Source of the DNA: Burkholderiales bacterium
GTDB lineage: Bacteria > Pseudomonadota > Gammaproteobacteria > Burkholderiales > Burkholderiaceae_D
Direction of reading: 5' to 3'
DNA length: 64,000 nucleotides
Assembly (NCBI GenBank): GCA_038207625.1
Contig: JBBQZO010000005.1
Location: 20,247-84,246, forward strand
A model generated the notes under the pieces. It had not been told where the DNA came from and did not search any database. It saw only the letters and a program-made list of their open reading frames with translations. The position numbers were made by a program, and so were the translations under genes. Numbering within the stretch: position 1 is the first letter of the stretch; the number at the start of each line of letters is the position of its first letter. This document shows positions 51,201 to 61,561 of this stretch, in pieces.

Positions 51201-51439
51201 GCCTGCTGCGCTTTCGCCCGATCCTGATGACGACCATGGCCGCCATTCTCGGCGCGCTGCCGCTGGCGATCGGTTTCGGCGAAGGCTCGGAACTGCGCCA
51301 GCCGCTCGGTGTGTCCATCATCGGCGGGCTGATTGCCAGCCAGGTGCTGACACTGCTGACCACCCCGGTGGTCTACCTGTTGCTCGATAAACTGCGCAAG
51401 CGCCCTCGCCCGGTCGCCGCGCAAGCTGTCCTTTCATGA
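48245..51439 (+). CDS. mdtC: multidrug efflux RND permease (second paralog; TTG start overlapping mdtB stop)
   Basis: 1064 aa, about 45% identical to the previous gene. Tandem RND pair typical of MdtBC/MuxBC. Confidence 0.9.
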   Translation: MNLSAPFVRRPVGTLLLTIGLALSGIGAFFVLPVSPLPQVDYPTISVSANLPGASPNTMATSVATPLERRLGVIAGVNEMTSSSGNGQSRISLQFELTRKIDAAAREVQAAINAARVDLPATLRSNPTYRKANPADAPVMILALTSKTRTPGQVYDAVSNLVQQKLAQVNGVGDVELGGGSLPSVRVELLPYALSRYGVSMEDVRAAIQASSANRPKGAIEGDDRRLQVYSGSGTGGHNAADFRPLVVAWRNNAAIRLSDVAEVVNGVENTNTLGLFNGEPAVVVLITRQPGANVIETVDGIRALLPDLQAALPQDVKLEVASDSTNSIRSSLHEIELTLIISIVLVVLVVSAFLRSVRATIIPAVATIVSLLGTFGVMYLLGFSLNNLSLMALTVATGFVVDDAIVVLENTARHIEAGMERMQAALLGAREVGFTVLSISVSLVAVFIPLLFMAGQVGRLFREFAVTLSVAVMISLLISLTTTPMMCAWLLKSGTPTRQPGRVARWFERGFDFIHRLYERSLDWAMASVALVMCILVAVVALNVYLFSSVPKGFFPQQDTGQINGGLRADQSISFQAMQDKLRQMVDIIRRDPAVATVVGFTGGSRAGGGFMFVNLKPVAQRTDKGQAVIARLRPQLAKVTGVSLFLNPVQDVRMGGRQSNSTYQYTLKSDNQADLKLWATKLAEAMKGQSALTDVDTDQQENGVETYVHIDKDSAARLGLSARDIDNALYDGFGQRQVATLYADLNQYHVVMEVAPRFARSPEALRDLYVPARGQVSTDAASAGAAAPASVVNPALRDPSSGQAVSAAATRMVPLSGFASFADSATASSINHQDAELATTVSYNLALGSTLSDGQAAVHQAEAEIGMPNNVRGSFQGTARAAQDSQNQQPLLILAALVVIYIVLGMLYESLIHPLTVISTLPSAGVGAVLALLLFKMEFTIIALIGVFLLIGIVKKNAILIIDFALEAERTRGLSAFDAVREACLLRFRPILMTTMAAILGALPLAIGFGEGSELRQPLGVSIIGGLIASQVLTLLTTPVVYLLLDKLRKRPRPVAAQAVLS

Positions 51440-52857
51440 GTCGCCCAATGCATCCAATGAAACCGTTCGCCCTGACCGCCATCGCCGCCCTGCTCGCAGG
51501 CTGCGCCGTCGGTCCGCACTACCAGCGCCCCAGCGCGCCCACGCCGGCCAGCTACAAGGAGGCGTCCGGCTGGGTCGCTGCCGCTCCTGCCGACACCCTG
51601 GAACGGGGCCAGTGGTGGACCCTGTTCGACGATCCGGTGCTCAGCGCGCTGGAAGCGAAGGTGCTGGTGTCGAACCAGAACATCGCCGCCGCCAGCGCCG
51701 CCTACGCGCAGGCGCGCGCGCTGGTGCGCGAGCAGCGCGCCGGCCTGTTTCCATCGGTGACGCTGGACGCCGGCGCCAAGCGCAGCGGCAGTGGTGGCGC
51801 CAACAGCGCGCCCGGCAATAATTTCCAGATCGGCCTGGGCGCCAACTGGGAGCCGGACGTGTGGGGCCGTCTGCAACGTGCCGTCGAGAGCGGCGACGCG
51901 GGCGCCCAGGCGTCCGCCGCCGACCTTGCCAGCGCCACGCTGGCAGCCCAGTGCGCGCTGGCCACCAGCTATTTTTCGCTGCGCCAGACCGACGCGCAGC
52001 AGGCATTGCTGGAGCAGACCATCGTCGGTTACCGGCGCGCGCAGGAGATCACCCAGAACCGTTACGCGGTGGGCATCGTCACCAAGACCGACGTGCTGCA
52101 GGCCCAGACCCAGCTGGCCAACGCACAGGCCGACAGCGCCGGTCTGACGCGTCAGCGCGCCCAGTACGAACACGCGCTGGCCACGCTGACCGGCCAGGCG
52201 GCGGGCGACTTTTCCGTGGCCAGCGCGGCGTGGACGGCGCTGGTGCCGGAAATCCCGCTGGGCATCCCGTCGGTGCTGCTACAGCGCCGCCCCGACATCG
52301 CCAGCGCCGAACGCCACGTGGCCGCCGCCAACGCGCAGATCGGCATCGTCAGCGCCGGGTATTATCCCAGCCTGAACCTGTCCGCCTCGGGCGGCGTGGG
52401 CGCGGCCGCCGTGGCCGACTTGTTCAAGGCGTCCAGCAGTGTCTGGTCGCTCGGTCTGTCGGCGGCGCAGACACTGTTTAACGCCGGCGCCACGCGCGCC
52501 AAGGTTGACCAGGCCGAAGCGGCGCAGCAGCAGGCCGTGGCGCGCTATCGCCAGAGCGTGCTCGCCGCGTTCGCCGATGTGGAAGACCAGTTGTCGGCTA
52601 CCCGCGCGCTGCAACAGCAGCAGCTGCTGCGCGCGCAAGCGTCCAGCGCGGCCGACCAGGTCGAGACGCAGGTACTCAACCGCTATCGTTCAGGGCAGGT
52701 CAGTTACACGGACGTGGTGACTGCGCAGGCCACGGCGCTGTCGGCCCGGCGTGCGCTGGTGCAGGTAATGGCCGATCGCCAGAGCACGGCGGTGGCGTTG
52801 ATTCAGTCGCTCGGTGGCGGCTGGCATGCCGAGCTGATGGCGCCGCCCGCCAGGTAG
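51436..52857 (+). CDS. efflux outer-membrane factor lipoprotein (NodT family)
   Basis: Lipobox LLAGC. ATGA overlap with mdtC. Confidence 0.85.
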   Translation: MSRPMHPMKPFALTAIAALLAGCAVGPHYQRPSAPTPASYKEASGWVAAAPADTLERGQWWTLFDDPVLSALEAKVLVSNQNIAAASAAYAQARALVREQRAGLFPSVTLDAGAKRSGSGGANSAPGNNFQIGLGANWEPDVWGRLQRAVESGDAGAQASAADLASATLAAQCALATSYFSLRQTDAQQALLEQTIVGYRRAQEITQNRYAVGIVTKTDVLQAQTQLANAQADSAGLTRQRAQYEHALATLTGQAAGDFSVASAAWTALVPEIPLGIPSVLLQRRPDIASAERHVAAANAQIGIVSAGYYPSLNLSASGGVGAAAVADLFKASSSVWSLGLSAAQTLFNAGATRAKVDQAEAAQQQAVARYRQSVLAAFADVEDQLSATRALQQQQLLRAQASSAADQVETQVLNRYRSGQVSYTDVVTAQATALSARRALVQVMADRQSTAVALIQSLGGGWHAELMAPPAR

Positions 52858-52994
52858 GCCAGTCGCCCGCCCGCCGCGCCGCCGGGCAGCGAGGTTGAGC
52901 GCGCGGCCTGGTTCAACAGTGACGGGCGATCTGGTCGACGCGCGCTTGCCCCCAGACGAGGCCAAGCGCGCCAACGCGCGGCACCGGCACGCCG

Positions 52995-53975
52995 CTATTT
53001 GACGGTGACGGGCGCCGGGCCAGGACCGAGCGCCAGCGGCGCCACGGCGCCTGGCTGGGCCACGTTGCGCTCGATCCAGGTCAGCATGTCGCGCCAGATG
53101 CGGCGCATTTCCTCGTTCGGCGGCATGGTCTGCGCGTTCGGCAGCTCGATCGTCAGCACAGGCACATGCATGCGCAAGCCGCTATAGTTGCCCAGCGAGC
53201 CAGGATAGACGCCGATCGGATTGAAGCGCAGCGCGCCGAACTGCTGCGGCGGCGAACCGCTGCCGTCGAAGTCGAGCAGGCCGAACGGCGCATGCACAGA
53301 GATGATCAGCTGCGGACGGTAACGCTTGATTTCATCGCTGACCCAGCGGCTTTCGGGCTCCGACAAGGGCTTCGATCCGGGGAAGCGGCGCGGGTCGCGG
53401 CGCGTCTTGGTGACCCAGTAGCGGGTCGTCTCAACCTGCCAGTCGGGCGTGGGGAAATTGCGGTTCAGGTCGACCCCGTTGGCATTGACGCGGCGCGGTT
53501 TGGCCGCCAGCAAGCCGTCCGGATTGACCACCGGGACCACGTCCCAGTCCAGATGGCGCGCTTCCGGATTGTGCATCCACTGCATCCACTGGAACACCGC
53601 CGCGGACGCCGTCAGTTCGTCGCCGTGGATGCCGCCGATCAGCAAAATGCGCAGCGGCGCGGCGTGCGAGGCCGGGTTGGCGACCGGATGGATCTGGCGC
53701 GACAGGATAGGAAAACCGTTGCGCGAACTAGTGCCGCTTTGGATCAGCGCGCTGTCGCGGCACATCGCCGTGCTGATGCCTGGCAGGCGCGCGCTCAGGC
53801 GCGTGCAGGACGTTGGCGCCGGCTTGGCCGCGGACACCTTGGCCGGTGCCGCCTTGGCCGGTGCCGCCTTGGCCGGCGTCGCGTGCGCCGACGTCGCATG
53901 GGTGGGCGCGGCAAGCACCGGATTGCTCAGTACCAGCCCAAGCAATGCAGTCGAAAAGCAGAAGCGTTGCAACAT
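52995..53975 (-). CDS. M14-family zinc carboxypeptidase-like (MpaA/murein-peptide amidase type), secreted
   Basis: Start MLQRFCF with signal peptide and AP-repeat linker. 'HGDELT' and 'DLNRNFP' motifs. Confidence 0.7.
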   Translation of the reverse strand: MLQRFCFSTALLGLVLSNPVLAAPTHATSAHATPAKAAPAKAAPAKVSAAKPAPTSCTRLSARLPGISTAMCRDSALIQSGTSSRNGFPILSRQIHPVANPASHAAPLRILLIGGIHGDELTASAAVFQWMQWMHNPEARHLDWDVVPVVNPDGLLAAKPRRVNANGVDLNRNFPTPDWQVETTRYWVTKTRRDPRRFPGSKPLSEPESRWVSDEIKRYRPQLIISVHAPFGLLDFDGSGSPPQQFGALRFNPIGVYPGSLGNYSGLRMHVPVLTIELPNAQTMPPNEEMRRIWRDMLTWIERNVAQPGAVAPLALGPGPAPVTVK

Positions 53976-54180
53976 GAAATCCCGGTCTTCATAAACGGCG
54001 CTGACAATTCGACACGCCTGTGATCGGGCGATGGCGCTCCCGATGCTGCACGTTCGGCACACAACTATTCGGTGCGCCGGCCGTGGCAAAAATCCAGCCT
54101 GATTATACAGGCTCGGTCCATCCGCTTCGCCACGCAGCGCACGGCGCGGCCAGCCGGGGCGGCGCCGCTCGCCGCGCGCT

Positions 54181-54480
54181 TCAATTAAACGAGGTGCACC
54201 AGCCGATCGCCGCCACGCGCTTGCCAGGAAACAGCAGGCAGCTGCCGGCGCCGTCCGCGCCGTCCTCGTAGAGCTGGCATGCGCTGCATTTTTGCGCGCT
54301 GGTCCAACTGGGATGGGCCTTGGCATCGACCGTCGCGCTATCGGCCTTGTAGTGAAATTCGAGCGCCTTCGGTTCGCTTTCCGACAGCATCGGATCGGCC
54401 GCCCGGGCCGATGCGCCACCCGCCAGCACGACCGGGGCAAGCGCACACTGGAGCATGAAAACTCGGCGATTCAGACGCAT
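54181..54480 (-). CDS. high-potential iron-sulfur protein (HiPIP), Tat-secreted
   Basis: RRVFM Tat motif. C-x2-C...C...C pattern 'CSACQLY...GSC...GWC'. Confidence 0.65.
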   Translation of the reverse strand: MRLNRRVFMLQCALAPVVLAGGASARAADPMLSESEPKALEFHYKADSATVDAKAHPSWTSAQKCSACQLYEDGADGAGSCLLFPGKRVAAIGWCTSFN

Positions 54481-54555
54481 ACGGTTTCTCCCGAAAATGG
54501 GCAGTATCGCCCATCCGGCGCACGCTGTCGAGATGGCGCACCAACGGCGCCGGCG

Positions 54556-55680
54556 CTATTTCAGCGGCACCGCCTTACCGTCTTGTACCTGCGTCAGATA
54601 GACCTGATCCATGCCCTGATGGTCCTTCGCGCTGAAGCGCAGCGCCATGCCGCTGAGCGACATGTTCATCTGTTCAAGTGTGCGCAGCAACGCCGTCCGG
54701 CTCGGCGCCGGGCCGCTGCGTCTGAGCGCCTCGACCAGCACGACGGCGTCGGCATAGCCTTCGAGCGAGCCGTAGTTGCGTGCCGCGGGCGCCACATCGC
54801 CCTGGTATTGCTTGACGAGGACGTCGGCCGCGTCATCCGGCGAGGGCATCACCTGGCTGATCAGCACACCGTTGCCGTGGGCGCCGGCGTGCTTGATGAA
54901 CTCGCTGGTGCCGATGAAGGACACGGTCGCAAACGTGGCGCGCAGCGCGTGCGCGCGCGCCTTCTTGAGCAGCATCGCCAGCGGCCGATAGGTGCCGATG
55001 AAGATCACCGCTTGCGGCTTGTGCCGCTCCAGCTGCGCCAGGCCCGTCTCGACATCGATGGTATTGCGCCGGAAGCGCGACTCCAGCACCACGTCCAGAT
55101 GGCGTCGCCGCAGCGCGCGCACCACGCCGGCCTTGCCGGCCTCGCCGAACTCGTCGTCCTGGATGAACAGCGCGATCTTGCTCATGCCCAGCGTGCCGGT
55201 CAGGTGCGCCACCAGCGCCTCGGCCTCGTCGAAATACGAGGCGCGCAGATTGAACACCATCGCTTGCGCGGGCTCGCGCAGGAACTGGGCGCCGGTAAAC
55301 GGAAACAGATACGGCACCGCCGCCTTGCTGGCGATGGGCACCGCGGCGTTGGAAGTGGGCGTGCCGACGTAGCCGAACAAGGCAAACACCTTGTCGGTGT
55401 CGATCAGCGCATGGGTGGCCTTGATTGACTGCAGCGGGTCGTACGCGTCATCGACGCTCACCAGCGCCAGCCGGCGCCCGTGCACGCCGCCGCCGGCGTT
55501 GACCTTGTCGAAGTAGGCGTTGGCGCCGGCGCGCAGCTGCAATCCCAGCCCGGCCGCCGGCCCGCTGAGCGCATTGGCCATGCCGATGCGGATTTCGTGC
55601 GCCGTCACGCCATCGTCGGCCAGCACGGCACCGCATAACACCCACTGCAACATCAGCGCCGCCAGCCCGATAGTACGCAT
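54556..55680 (-). CDS. ABC transporter substrate-binding protein, LivK/branched-chain amino-acid type
   Basis: Start MRTIGLAAL (signal peptide). Type-1 periplasmic binding fold. Confidence 0.8.
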   Translation of the reverse strand: MRTIGLAALMLQWVLCGAVLADDGVTAHEIRIGMANALSGPAAGLGLQLRAGANAYFDKVNAGGGVHGRRLALVSVDDAYDPLQSIKATHALIDTDKVFALFGYVGTPTSNAAVPIASKAAVPYLFPFTGAQFLREPAQAMVFNLRASYFDEAEALVAHLTGTLGMSKIALFIQDDEFGEAGKAGVVRALRRRHLDVVLESRFRRNTIDVETGLAQLERHKPQAVIFIGTYRPLAMLLKKARAHALRATFATVSFIGTSEFIKHAGAHGNGVLISQVMPSPDDAADVLVKQYQGDVAPAARNYGSLEGYADAVVLVEALRRSGPAPSRTALLRTLEQMNMSLSGMALRFSAKDHQGMDQVYLTQVQDGKAVPLK

Positions 55681-55807
55681 GCCACCCCCGCTTGGGTCCA
55701 CGGAGCTGCCTTCAACTCCACCACAGCAAGTATCTGGCGGCGTGACGATATTGTCAAACGCCAAGTTTCATTGAATTGGCGACGCGCCGCGCGCCGCACC
55801 GAAGCGA

Positions 55808-56170
55808 TCAGCCCGGCTGCGCGTGCAAACGGTATTTTTTGACCACGCCGGCCCGGTCGAACAGGATCACCAGCTCTTGCGCGCGGCTGGACATGGCGCT
55901 CGCCAGCAAGGTGGCGACCCGATGGCGGCGTGCACTGGCGGGGTCGGCTGCGCGATCCTGGTAGACCCAGATATCGTCGCCACTGCCAAATTTGACGGCC
56001 GGCGCGGCGCCAAACGCCGCATCGAGCTCGGTTTTGGTGGTCTGGCCGACCACGATGCGCTGGGCCAGCGCATGCGCGTTCAGCGGCGCGGGCGCCCTCG
56101 TGCTCACGCACCAGAGTGTCAGCGACAGCACGCCGATACCGGCCAGCGTCCATCGTATGCTTGGTTTCAT
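55808..56170 (-). CDS. hypothetical secreted/lipo-protein
   Basis: Start MKPSIRWTLAGIGVLSLTLWC. Confidence 0.4.
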   Translation of the reverse strand: MKPSIRWTLAGIGVLSLTLWCVSTRAPAPLNAHALAQRIVVGQTTKTELDAAFGAAPAVKFGSGDDIWVYQDRAADPASARRHRVATLLASAMSSRAQELVILFDRAGVVKKYRLHAQPG

Positions 56171-56433
56171 GTCTGCTTTCCCATTCACCTGCGTTGGCCC
56201 TGGAGCATTGCGCCTGGCTGCGGCGCGTCGGTCGTTCGGCGCTGCCGCACCGGCACTATTTTCTGCCGGGCCCCGCATGTGAACGAACTCCAGAGTGTCC
56301 TCACTTTCGCCGAAAAGTACCAACGAATCATGCAAAGCACCGTATTGCACCACCTTTGGCAGCGCATATCGATACCATTCGTCAATACATCCGGCGCTCG
56401 CCCCCATCGGGCGGTGCAAGCAGCCACGCCGCC

Positions 56434-57204
56434 CTAGCGCGCCAGGCCCGGATACAAGCGCGTGGCGACCGTCAGCAGCGCCAGAAATACCGCCCCCATC
56501 ACGGAAAAACTGAACGCCAGCGGGTACACGCCGTGGCCGCCGACGATCATCGTGTCGCGCAGCGCGTCGACCAGGTAGCTAAGCGGATTGACAGTGGCCA
56601 CGGCGCGCAACCATGGCGGCATCAGCGCGATCGGGTAGATCGCGTTCGATGCGAAGAACAAGGGCATGGTCAGGATCTGACCGATGCCCATGAAGCGCTC
56701 GCGCGTCTTGACGACGCAGGCGATCACCAGCGAAAAGGTGGCGAAAATGCACGAGCCGAGGAACACGGCGCAGGCCACGCCGAGCATCGGCGTCATACCC
56801 CACTGAATGTGCACCGACAGGGCCAGCGCAACGAGGTACACCACCAGCGCCTGCAGCAAACCGCGCAGCCCGGCCGCCAGTGCCTTGCCCAGCACCAGCG
56901 CGCTGCGCGAGGCCGGCGTGACCAGCAGTTTGTGGACGATGCCCAGGTCGCGTTCCCAGATGATGGCGATGCCGTAAAAAATGGCGCTAAACAGGATGCT
57001 CTGGGCCAGAATGCCCGGCGCCATGAAGTCCAGATAACTCAGCGCGCCGGTCGGGATGCCGCGCACCTGGCTAAACACCTGGCCGAACACGGCCAGCCAC
57101 AACACCGGCTGCACGGCGCGCGACAGCAATTCGGTCGGATCGCGCAGCAGTTTGCGGATCTCGGCTTGCGCCACCGCCGTCGTCGCGTACAGGAAGTCGC
57201 GCAT
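56434..57204 (-). CDS. ABC-2 type transporter permease
   Basis: 256 aa, 6 TM. Confidence 0.85.
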   Translation of the reverse strand: MRDFLYATTAVAQAEIRKLLRDPTELLSRAVQPVLWLAVFGQVFSQVRGIPTGALSYLDFMAPGILAQSILFSAIFYGIAIIWERDLGIVHKLLVTPASRSALVLGKALAAGLRGLLQALVVYLVALALSVHIQWGMTPMLGVACAVFLGSCIFATFSLVIACVVKTRERFMGIGQILTMPLFFASNAIYPIALMPPWLRAVATVNPLSYLVDALRDTMIVGGHGVYPLAFSFSVMGAVFLALLTVATRLYPGLAR

Positions 57205-57207
57205 CGC

Positions 57208-58020
57208 TCAGCCCAGCCGTTGCGCGGTATCGCGCGCCGCGCGAATGTCGCGATAGTGGCCGCCCTGCTCGATCAGCACACCGCTGTGGGCCACGAACAC
57301 GTCGCTCATGCTCGCCTGCGGGCCGATCTGGCGCTTCAGGTCGGCCGGCGTGCCCGTCACGGCAACCCGGCCCCGATGCAAAATCGCCAGCTGGTCGCAC
57401 AGAAAATCGGCCTCCTCCATGTCGTGCGTGGTGAGCAGGATCGTCATGCCGGTGGCCGCCTTGAGCTCCTGCAGGCGGGCCCACACGGTGCGGCGCGCGA
57501 CCGGGTCCAGCCCGATCGTCGGTTCGTCAAGAAACAGCACCTGCGGACGGTGCATGGTGGCCTGGGCGATCTCCAGGCGCCGTATCATGCCGCCCGAGAA
57601 CTGCTTGACCAGCTGGCCGGCCACCGTGTCGAGGCCGGCGAACGCCAGCGCTTCGTCGATGCAAGCGGCCCGTTGCGCGCCGCGCAGGCCATACAGGCTG
57701 GCCGACAGCAGCAGGTTTTCGCGCGCCGTCAGGGCGCCGTCGGCCGACAGCATCTGCGGCACGTAGCCGATGCGCCGACGCACCTCGAGCGGGGCGTTGA
57801 GCACGTCAAAGCCGGCCACGCACGCCCGCCCGGAACTGGGCGCGAGCAGCGTCGTCAGGATCTTGATCGCCGTGCTCTTGCCGGCACCATTGGGCCCGAG
57901 CAGGCCAAAGATCGATTGATGGGCGATGCGCAGATCGATCTGATCGAGCGCGCACTGCTGACCGTAGTATTTGCTCAGCGCCTGCACTTCGATCGCCCAG
58001 TTCGCCGGTGTGTCGATCAT
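57208..58020 (-). CDS. ABC transporter ATP-binding protein (ABC-2 exporter partner)
   Basis: Walker A 'GPNGAGKST', signature 'FSGGM', Walker B 'LFLDEPT'. Confidence 0.85.
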   Translation of the reverse strand: MIDTPANWAIEVQALSKYYGQQCALDQIDLRIAHQSIFGLLGPNGAGKSTAIKILTTLLAPSSGRACVAGFDVLNAPLEVRRRIGYVPQMLSADGALTARENLLLSASLYGLRGAQRAACIDEALAFAGLDTVAGQLVKQFSGGMIRRLEIAQATMHRPQVLFLDEPTIGLDPVARRTVWARLQELKAATGMTILLTTHDMEEADFLCDQLAILHRGRVAVTGTPADLKRQIGPQASMSDVFVAHSGVLIEQGGHYRDIRAARDTAQRLG

Positions 58021-58089
58021 GCATGCCTCCTGGTCGGCGCCGGCGCCCGGCAGGCGCGGCGCGGATGCCGCTGCGGCGCGCCGCTCGCC

Positions 58090-59304
58090 TCATTCATGGC
58101 GCAGCGCCTCGATCGGGTCCATCTGCGCGGCGCGGCGGGCCGGAAAATAGCCAAACAGCACGCCGATCCCCGCAGAGAACACGAACGACAGCAAGTTGAT
58201 GGCCGGATCGAACAGATACGGCACACCCATCGCCCCGGCCAGCAGCCAGGACGCCAGCGTGGCGATCAGGATGCCCACCAGACCGCCCAGCGCGGCCAGC
58301 GTGACGGCCTCGATCAGAAACTGCAACAGCACCTCGCGCTCGAGCGCGCCGATGGCCAGGCGCAGGCCGATCTCGCGCGTGCGCTCGGTCACCGACACGA
58401 GCATGATGTTCATGATGCCGATGCCGCCCACCAGCAGGCTCACCGCCGCCACCGCGCCCAGCAGCGTGGTCATCACCTTGGTGGTGCCCGACAGCGTGTC
58501 GGCCAGTTGCTGGGTGTCGAGGATGTTGAAGTTGTCGTCGTCGCTGTCGGCCAGCTTGCGCCGCTCGCGCAGCAACTGGCGCAAACTGGCCTTCAGGCGC
58601 GCGCTGTCGCTGCCCTCCTCCATCGACACCAGCAGCGTCCCCACCCGCAGCGAACCGGTCACGCGCCGCTGCAGCGTGTGCAGCGGCACCAGCACCGTGT
58701 CGTCCTGGTCGTTGCCCATCGCGCCCTGCCCCTTGGCCGCCAGCACGCCGATCACGTCGCAGGAAAACTTCTTGATGCGTAGTTGTTCGCCCAGGCCAGT
58801 CACACCGGCCTGGCCGCCAAAGATTTCACGCCGCACCGTTTCGCCCACCAGGCAGACGGCGGCGCCGGCGCGCTCCTCGTCGGGCTCGAACGTGCGCCCC
58901 GCGGCCAGTTTCCAGTTGCCGGTCACGATCCAGGCGTTGCTGCCGCCGGTCACCGTGGTGGCCCAGTTGCGTCCATTGCCGACGACGGTGGCGCCGCTGC
59001 GCCCCTCGGGCGCGGCCGTGGCCACGCCGCCGATCTGCGCGGCGATCGCCGCGGCGTCCGCCTCCTTGAACTGGGGCGCGCCCCCGCCGCCGCCCGGTCC
59101 CTGGCGCTGGCCCACGCGCACCATCAGCAAGTTGCTACCCAGGCTAGATATCTGGCTTTGCACGGCGCGCGTGGCGCCGTTTCCCAAGGTGACCATGGTG
59201 ATCACGGCGCTGACCCCGATCACAATGCCCAGGATGGTCAGGAAGGAGCGCAGCAGATTGCGCCGGATCGAGCGCAGCGCCAGCAGTAGCGTGCTGAGCC
59301 ACAT
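58090..59304 (-). CDS. macB: MacB-type ABC transporter permease (FtsX fold with periplasmic domain)
   Basis: 404 aa: N-terminal TM, large periplasmic MacB_PCD region, C-terminal FtsX 3-TM bundle. Confidence 0.85.
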   Translation of the reverse strand: MWLSTLLLALRSIRRNLLRSFLTILGIVIGVSAVITMVTLGNGATRAVQSQISSLGSNLLMVRVGQRQGPGGGGGAPQFKEADAAAIAAQIGGVATAAPEGRSGATVVGNGRNWATTVTGGSNAWIVTGNWKLAAGRTFEPDEERAGAAVCLVGETVRREIFGGQAGVTGLGEQLRIKKFSCDVIGVLAAKGQGAMGNDQDDTVLVPLHTLQRRVTGSLRVGTLLVSMEEGSDSARLKASLRQLLRERRKLADSDDDNFNILDTQQLADTLSGTTKVMTTLLGAVAAVSLLVGGIGIMNIMLVSVTERTREIGLRLAIGALEREVLLQFLIEAVTLAALGGLVGILIATLASWLLAGAMGVPYLFDPAINLLSFVFSAGIGVLFGYFPARRAAQMDPIEALRHE

Positions 59305-60035
59305 CAGGCGTTCTCCTCGAACACCGGTGGCCCCGTCACCGGCGTCGGATTGACGACATCGCTGGCGATGCGCCCGTCGACGAAACGCACCAGCCGGCGC
59401 GCGTAGGCCGCCATGTCCGGCTCATGCGTGACCATCAGCACGGTGATGCCGTGGTCGCGGTTCAGCGCCAGCAGCAGCCCCATGATTTCGTGGATGCGCT
59501 GCGAGTCCAGGTTGCCGGTCGGTTCGTCGGCCAGTACCACGGCCGGTTCGGTGACGATCGCGCGCGCGATCGCCACGCGCTGCTGCTGGCCGCCGGACAG
59601 CTCGGCCGGCGTGTGCTGCTCCCAGCCTTGCAAACCCACCGAAGCGAGCGCGCGGGCGGCGGCGGCGCGCCGCACGGCCACGCCATCGCCCCGGTACAGC
59701 AGCGGCAACTCGACATTCTCCTGGGCCGAGGTGCGCGCCAGCAGGTTAAAACCCTGGAACACGAAGCCGAGGTAGCGCCGGCGCAGGCGCGCGCGCTGGT
59801 CGCGCGTCAACGCCTCCACGTGCGCGCCCATGAACAGAAACTGGCCGGCGCTGGGCGTGTCCAGGCCGCCGAGGATATTCATTGCGGTCGACTTGCCCGA
59901 GCCGCTCGGTCCCATGATGGCGACGAACTCGCCGGCATGGATGTCCAGGTCGATGCCCTTCAAGGCCACCAGCGTGGCCTGGCCCGTGCCGTACACCTTG
60001 GTCACGCCGCGCAGCGCGATCAGCGGCGAACTCAT
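59304..60035 (-). CDS. ABC transporter ATP-binding protein (MacB/LolD type)
   Basis: Start [10 protein letters not shown]. 'GPSGSGKST', '[14 protein letters not shown]'. ATGA overlap with the permease. Confidence 0.85.
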   Translation of the reverse strand: MSSPLIALRGVTKVYGTGQATLVALKGIDLDIHAGEFVAIMGPSGSGKSTAMNILGGLDTPSAGQFLFMGAHVEALTRDQRARLRRRYLGFVFQGFNLLARTSAQENVELPLLYRGDGVAVRRAAAARALASVGLQGWEQHTPAELSGGQQQRVAIARAIVTEPAVVLADEPTGNLDSQRIHEIMGLLLALNRDHGITVLMVTHEPDMAAYARRLVRFVDGRIASDVVNPTPVTGPPVFEENA

Positions 60036-61561
60036 TTGGTCGCCGCCGACTTCTGGGCGGTAATCACGGCCATGCCTACGCGCAGCTCGCCGCCGGTAAT
60101 TTCCGTCATGTGCCCATCGCTGATGCCGGGAACCACCGCCACCATTGTGGCCACGCCGTCCTGCGGCAACACCCAGACCTGGCGCACCGCCTTGGTGCTG
60201 GCCCGCTCGGCGGCCGAGCGGCGCGTGCTGGTGTTGGGGCGGCTCGGGATCAGCGACGACACCAGACTGCCCTTGCCCGCCGGCTGGCCTGCGCCCGCCA
60301 CCGCGGGCGTGAAGCGCAGCGCCGAATTGGGCACCAGCAGCACGTCCTTGCGCTGGGTGGCGACGATGGTGGCGTTGGCGGTCATGCCCGGGCGCAGACT
60401 CAGATCGTCGTTCGACACGTCCAGGTAGGTCAGGTAAGTGACGACGTTGTCGGTGATGGTCGAGCCGTAGCCAACCCGCGTGATGCGCGCCGGATACTTG
60501 CGGCTCGGATAGGCGCTGACCGTGAAGGTGGCGTCCTGGCCCGTCTGCACGGCGCCCACATCGGCTTCGTCGACGTAGACCCACAGACGCAGCCGGGACA
60601 GGTCTTCGGCCACGGTAAACAGCGTCACCGCCTGCAGCGAGGCGGCCACCGCATTGCCCGGATCGACGTTGCGCGTCAATACCACTCCGGCGTCAGGGGC
60701 GCGGATCGACGACTTCGACAAATTGGTCAGGTCGGTCGACAGCGCCGCGCTGGCTTCGACGACACCCGCTTGCGCACTGCCATGATCGGCATTGGCGCGC
60801 GCCAGCGTCGCACGCGCCGCGTCGTGCTCACTGGCCGCCGGCAGCTTGCCGTCCGACAGCCGGGCCAGCGCGTCGAGCCGGGCCAGCACGGCGCCGGCCT
60901 CGGTGACGGTGGCCTTGGTCTGCACCAGTTTCGCCTTGGCCGCGTCGAGCGTGGCGCGCGAGCGCTGGACCTGGTCTTGCAACTTGGCCGGATCGAGTTC
61001 GACCAACACCTGGCCGGCGTGGATCCGGTCGTTGACATCGACGTTGACCTTCTTGACCGTGCCCGACAACTCGCTGCCGATGTTGATCGAACGGGTCGGC
61101 TGCAAGCTGCCGTTGGCGGTGACGGTGAGCGTCAGGTCGCCCCGTCCCACGAGCTGGGTGGTGTAGCGCGGCGCCGCATCGGCCGCTTGTTGCTGCTGCC
61201 ACAACCACAGGCCGAGCGCCACCAGCGCCGCCAGCAGCAAGCCGCCCCACAGGCCATGGCGCCGGTACCAAGGACGCGCAGCTGGTTCGTCCAGCAAGGC
61301 GGCCAGGTCCACGGCGCCGGACGGCGCGCTGGTCGGTGTCGGCGTTGACCCGCCAGATGCCGATGTCGATGCCGATGCCGATGCCGATACCGATGTTGGC
61401 GTTGATGGGCCAGCCGCCGATGTCGATGTTGGCGTTGATGGGCCAGCCGCCGATGTCGGTGTCGGCGTTGATGCGCCAGGTGTCGGTGTCGGTGTCGGTG
61501 CGCCAGGTGTCGATGTCGGTGTCGGCAAATTCGCTTGCTCAGGCGTGAAAGGCAGGTTCAT
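60032..61561 (-). CDS. macA: HlyD/MacA-family periplasmic adaptor with N-terminal Pro/Thr/Ser-rich repeat extension
   Basis: 509 aa: about 80 aa of (PTPTS/STPT)n, then TM anchor and MFP coiled-coil/beta-barrel core. Confidence 0.8.
   Translation of the reverse strand: MNLPFTPEQANLPTPTSTPGAPTPTPTPGASTPTPTSAAGPSTPTSTSAAGPSTPTSVSASASASTSASGGSTPTPTSAPSGAVDLAALLDEPAARPWYRRHGLWGGLLLAALVALGLWLWQQQQAADAAPRYTTQLVGRGDLTLTVTANGSLQPTRSINIGSELSGTVKKVNVDVNDRIHAGQVLVELDPAKLQDQVQRSRATLDAAKAKLVQTKATVTEAGAVLARLDALARLSDGKLPAASEHDAARATLARANADHGSAQAGVVEASAALSTDLTNLSKSSIRAPDAGVVLTRNVDPGNAVAASLQAVTLFTVAEDLSRLRLWVYVDEADVGAVQTGQDATFTVSAYPSRKYPARITRVGYGSTITDNVVTYLTYLDVSNDDLSLRPGMTANATIVATQRKDVLLVPNSALRFTPAVAGAGQPAGKGSLVSSLIPSRPNTSTRRSAAERASTKAVRQVWVLPQDGVATMVAVVPGISDGHMTEITGGELRVGMAVITAQKSAATK
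61330..61545. repeat. hexanucleotide-type tandem repeats (gatgcc/gatgtc/ggtgtc) encoding the PT-rich tract
   Basis: Reiterated cgatg(c/t)cg units, including a 30-bp unit duplicated perfectly (gttggcgttgatgggccagccgccgatgtc x2). Confidence 0.7.
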
